Part shown: in pieces, positions 59,216 to 64,000 of the stretch
Numbering within the stretch: the first letter of the stretch is position 1
Layout: each line of letters opens with the position of its first letter
Assembly (NCBI RefSeq): GCF_009914755.1
Contig: NC_060933.1
Source: the human T2T-CHM13v2.0 reference genome, Homo sapiens
Length of the DNA: 64,000 bases
Reading direction: 5' to 3' (one strand)
Notes under the pieces: model-generated
The model's database searches: none
What the model was told of the DNA's origin: nothing
Seen by the model: only the letters and a program-made list of their open reading frames with translations
Program-made: the position numbers and the translations under genes

Positions 59216-61027
59216 TAGCAGAGTTGAAGGAGGAATCTGCAATGTACAAGAAGAGCATGTTGGTGGCCTATGACAAGGAATTGGTCAACAACCAGAAACT
59301 AAGAAGATAGCAAAGAATGAGGATACCTGGTTTTTTTCCATCATAACTCATTCTCTTACTTTTAACCTAAAATCAAATTTCAAATGTCCATAGCACTGTT
59401 GAGAACCTGACAATCTCAGAAACTATTGACATAAAGACACATCTCTCCATCTGCCAGTGTGTGAAACCTGATAGACTACATGTAGTTAAAGAGGAGAGCA
59501 GGTATTTGAGCAGGGCAGAAACTGACCTCAGGTAAGCAAAATTGTGTATATTTTAAAAACTATACAAGCTCAAATAATCTGGAAGCAATTCATGTCTAAA
59601 AGTTCATACCATTCAACTGATTTCTTAAAACTCCAGAGATACCCATAGAAAACATTAAGAGGGAATCAACCCCTCAGAAGTTTAGAATTTGAAAGACTGT
59701 AGGATATCATTCTATATTTTAAATGCTTGTAGACATTATTGATTATAGTGTACATTTTGCATTTAGAATTGAAGCTTTTTTGCTTTTGGATTCATTATTG
59801 AGGCATGAAAACTTGAGTGATCTCTGAGGATTTCAACATTTGCAGTGTGGTGATGACCGAGCTGGGAAAATCTATTTGTTTTGTCCCTTTAGTTGTTAAA
59901 TATTTCTCAACTCAATGAGAATTTTGAATATATCAGAAGACTGTAAATTAAAGATTACAAATTGTTGTTACTGAACCAAAATACTAGGTGTTATGTTTTT
60001 TCAGGCTTATTTTCTCACTCTGTTTCAGATTATTGTTTTTTGTTAAAACGCAAATATAGATATTATTAATTGTACTCTATCAACATAGAAAACCAATCAA
60101 TACTAAGGGTACTTTGAACTCTAACCCTCTATGATGCTGCGTTGAATTCCATCTATAATAACCTTTAGAGACATGGTTTCAGTTTTGCATATGTGCTTTA
60201 TGAATTAGGAGGTGTTGTATTGATAGAATTATAGAAATTTAAACCAGGAAGAGACTTCAGGAATCCTATACTTTATGGCTCTCGATACTTTATGGCTCTC
60301 AATCTCAATGTGGGCTTGAAATACTATGTAAAATTTTGTTCATATTTGCATTTGTTTAGATTCTCATGGCTTTAATCAGATTCTTAAAGTGACTAAAATT
60401 TTAAAAAAATCTAAAATTACATTTTACAGAAGAGTAAACTAATGCCTTGAGAATCAAGGCCTTTCCCCAAATCACACAAAGCTCTAGTAGGATGATTTAC
60501 ATTATTATGGCATGCTTGTTACTCTGAAATCCATGAAATCAAACCAAACATATTAATATCTTCTTTACTGCTCAAGTGATTTGTTAGGTTAAATTTGTTG
60601 CATGCTGTACTCGACTGTTAGGTACTTTCGCAAAGCTTTAATTTTTTTATGAGAAAAACTTAAACTGTTAGAGGAAATAGAAATATTTGCATTTGATGCA
60701 AAAAATAAACAGAAACGATTAAAGTGAAGTTTATCAAATTAGATGCTGAGAAGAAATATACATTCTCATCTTGCATTGCACTGACCCTTTGCTAACATGA
60801 TTAGTTCAAACCTGAGAATAAATGGAATGTGTCCACTATTTTTCTGTTTTTCTATCTCAAAAGTGAAGTGAATAGATATCTCGATAGAGCTCAGCTGCCA
60901 TTTTCATTGACTTAATGAGTTTCTTAATGCACTCCATTGTGTCTCAGTATTAGAGAAACATATGGCACATTTAACTTTTAAGTATGAATTTATTAAATGT
61001 TTTATTGTGTAATTTTCTCCTGTGATT

Positions 61028-61073
61028 TTATAGTTTCTTTAAGAAATTATATATATATATATATATATATATA
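61028..61073. repeat. (TA)n microsatellite
   Basis: Alternating AT run (pure from about 61048). Confidence 0.8.
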
Positions 61074-62759
61074 ATATGGTATGTTCATATATATGATATA
61101 TATGCCAGTTGTACTATTTGCATGAATATATGAATGAAATGGCTTTATCTTCTTAGAAATTACCAATAACCTTATGTTCTAGAGGAAAAGGCTAAATAAA
61201 CAACATAAAAGACAACCTAATTTTAAAGCATTTGTAAATGTTTAAGGCTTTTTGGAAAAGTACTAACAATATAGAAAAAGGTGCAACAAGAAAGTTTGGG
61301 TCAGTGATTTTATTTATTAGAGTATCATGAAATAATTGCATGAATGGCCTAAGGAATTAGGCATAATTATAATTTAAAGATATTGAACCAATAAAGGATT
61401 TTTTAAGAGTAGAAATGCAATTAATTAGGGTTTCAGAAAAAAAATTGGGAAGAGAAACATCAACAAATAGGCTTATTTATTTATTTATTGGTAATATTTG
61501 TTCTGACCCTCATTTGATAATGGAATTCAAGTTATATGTCTTCACATAAATCTCATTACACCATTATAAATGACTAATTATGGTAAAGCTCAACATGAGA
61601 ATTAAATCATTCCCTGGGGCCACCTGAAAGAGTCCAGTGTTAACTGCATTATGGCACTGGGTTTTGATGTGCAGCTATTATTTTCCAAGCTTTGACTTTG
61701 AAGACATTGATCAAAAACTACCACCTTCTACCATGCACAATAACCCTGTCAGAGGCTTGACAACACCTCATAACAACCACCTTATGCTCACAAAGAAATG
61801 AATTTCAAAACCAAAAGATGTGAATGGCAAGGAGCCAGGAAGGAACTGGTTTACCAAATTTACCTCTTATTTAGAATCCTTGTTGTGAATGAAAGCCATT
61901 TTTTACTCACATGGATTTTTAATTGGGACACTTCTAAGAAAAGCTCCAGAAGACAGACTCTGGCAGGGCAAAAGATAAAAACAAATGACAGAAATGTATA
62001 ATATCTTTGAAAGTCAGTTTCATCATATTTTACAACAAAAATGAGCAAAATTATCTTTTTAGTTCCTATAGCAATTCCTTCTGAAGAAATAGGGATTGGA
62101 GATATTTAAGGAATTGATTTGTACATCTTGTTTGTGTTCAGTCAGTGGAATATAGTAGGACCTAACATTAAAATATATCTTTTGCTTTAAGCTAAACAAT
62201 TTGGTTTCCAAAATGGGCATTTATGAACTGTTTTTTTGCAATTATTTATTTTATGAAAGCCTTTAAGTATTTTTCTAATGCCTAATGGCAGGGTCTCACC
62301 ACAATTACCTTGAGAGGGAAAAACAACCATTGAATCCAATATCAGGTTTTGAAGGGAGTGAAAGGTATCTAACCTGAATTTGGTTACTCTGGAGAGTAAA
62401 AGGAAAGCATGTTTCAAATTTCCAGTGGTAAAAGTATCAACAAGAAGTTTCACTTCTGTTTTACTGCTATTTATAGGGGTGTGTGGGAAAGAAAGAGAAA
62501 GGTGGAATAAGAATGCCATCATTAAAGTTTGCTAAGATGAGACATGTAAAGTATGGAGTTTTGAAGTTTTTAAATCCTTTTTAAAACTTCATACATTCTT
62601 TTTAAATTGAGACTGTTGTTAGCTGAAAGAATAGATGCGTTTTTGGGTTGCTAATGAGTCAGCCAGTAAGTGCCTTTTCTGCATAACTCTGCTATGAAGA
62701 ACTCTACCTAACAGATTCCTTTGTGAGTCTGTATTACAGAGGTAGTTGCCCTGATTTCT

Positions 62760-62960
62760 GGGGAGAATCAGGAGTTTAGTAAGAGTTTTAATATTAGACT
62801 ACCTTGGGGATTTGTACTCTGAAAATCTGTTTTCTTATTTGTAAAATTAGGATAATATAATTGGCTTCAATAAGGTGACTGTGAAGATTAAATGACATAA
62901 TGTATCTAAAGCCCTAACCACAGAGCATGAAACATAATAAGCAGCTCTTATAAAGTAGCT
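62760..62960 (+). mobile_element. MIR relic
   Basis: ctgttttcttatttgtaaaattaggataata...gtgaagattaaatgacataatgtatctaaagccctaacc. Confidence 0.7.
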
Positions 62961-64000
62961 ATAATAATTAGAAAGAGATGTCTGTCATATTCAGAAGATT
63001 CTTTAGGATGGTAACATTTTATGAGAGAAGTTTTTTGGTTGTCTATAGTTTTTTTCTTAACTAATTCACCTAGGATGCAATGTTTAATTAAATTTCTTAC
63101 TAACATGCTTCAGTATTTAATATGTGCTTATTTATTCTGCTATAACTTCTAATAGCAACATAGAGAGCTTTCACATACTTTCTGAATGAAACTGTATTGC
63201 TGTCTAAGGACTGAATTGTGAGGAAATGTTTCACATACATTAATTTATGAAGGTGGGTTCTACTCAGTGTAAGACAAATCACAATGATTATCTCAATCCC
63301 TAAGCATGGATTTACTTTAAATATCCTATGAGTTAAAAAAAAACAAAAACAAAAAACAAGAGTTTCAAAGTTCTGAGCCCTATTTACATGGTAGAGTTAG
63401 CCCCATTAGGTCAAAGAAGCTAAATAAAGAGCATAGCTTTTGAACATGTAGATATACAATTAACCACAATGGCACCAAGGTTTCTTGTTATAGTCTTTAA
63501 ATCAGCAACACTCCTTTATAAAGAACTGCTTAAATCATCACATTCACAATAGTCTGTGTAATTTACTCAAAGAAGGATCAGGCAGGATACGTTACAATGA
63601 TTGGAGCTTTTGCTATGCTTTGCTTCAATTCCCCCCAGTCATACTTAACCAGAAATTTGCAAAATGGTGATTATCTTTCTATGAACTGAGGTGTTATAGA
63701 ATTATTTTCCTTATGGAGTTTTGGGTTATCGCTATTATTTTAGAAGGCAGAATTGGTTTCCTACTAAGAAAAAACACTGCCACTTAAGAGAAAAAGAAAA
63801 AATACGTGGGATGATGATGAAATGAGCTGTGTATTAGAATTCAAATTCATACAGCCTTGTTAGAAAAAAAAAAGCCAAGAACATAATCAAAAGCTTTAAA
63901 AGTATTTACAACATTTAATTCAGTACTTGTATGTATAGCGATTTATTCTAAGGAGGTAATATGAAATACAGAAAGTGCTTTATGCTTATATGTTCATCTC

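Noticed and set aside
58788-59258. 156-aa minus-strand ORF
   Set aside because: Overlaps an L2 relic. At most a decayed L2 ORF2 frame, not a host gene.

Overview
Primate (human-like) AT-rich genomic DNA, intergenic or deep intronic. No recognisable protein-coding gene, CpG island or intact RNA gene was found. The ORF track contains only broken LINE-1 ORF1/ORF2 frames, Alu frames and chance ORFs. The window holds two near-full-length dead L1s (L1PB-like at about 110-5832; old L1PA-like at about 38202-45570, nested in an older L1M) and at least 13 Alus (J, S and Y types, several with clear target-site duplications). It also holds MaLR/ERVL solo LTRs (THE1, MST, MLT1, LTR16), hAT MITEs (MER3, MER5, MER20), and MIR and L2 relics. 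Best signals: (1) a roughly 160-bp inverted copy of the local L1's own ORF1 inserted about 1.9 kb upstream, probably a locally templated insertion; (2) a tailless 5S rRNA 5' fragment inside the same L1; (3) a THE1 solo LTR with an intact DUX4 motif, TATA-like box and splice donor, facing a chain of minus-strand candidate non-coding exons; (4) several fold-back palindromes and short tandem duplications. Repeat subfamily calls are from recalled consensus sequences and need RepeatMasker/Dfam confirmation. No new biological system can be established from the sequence alone.
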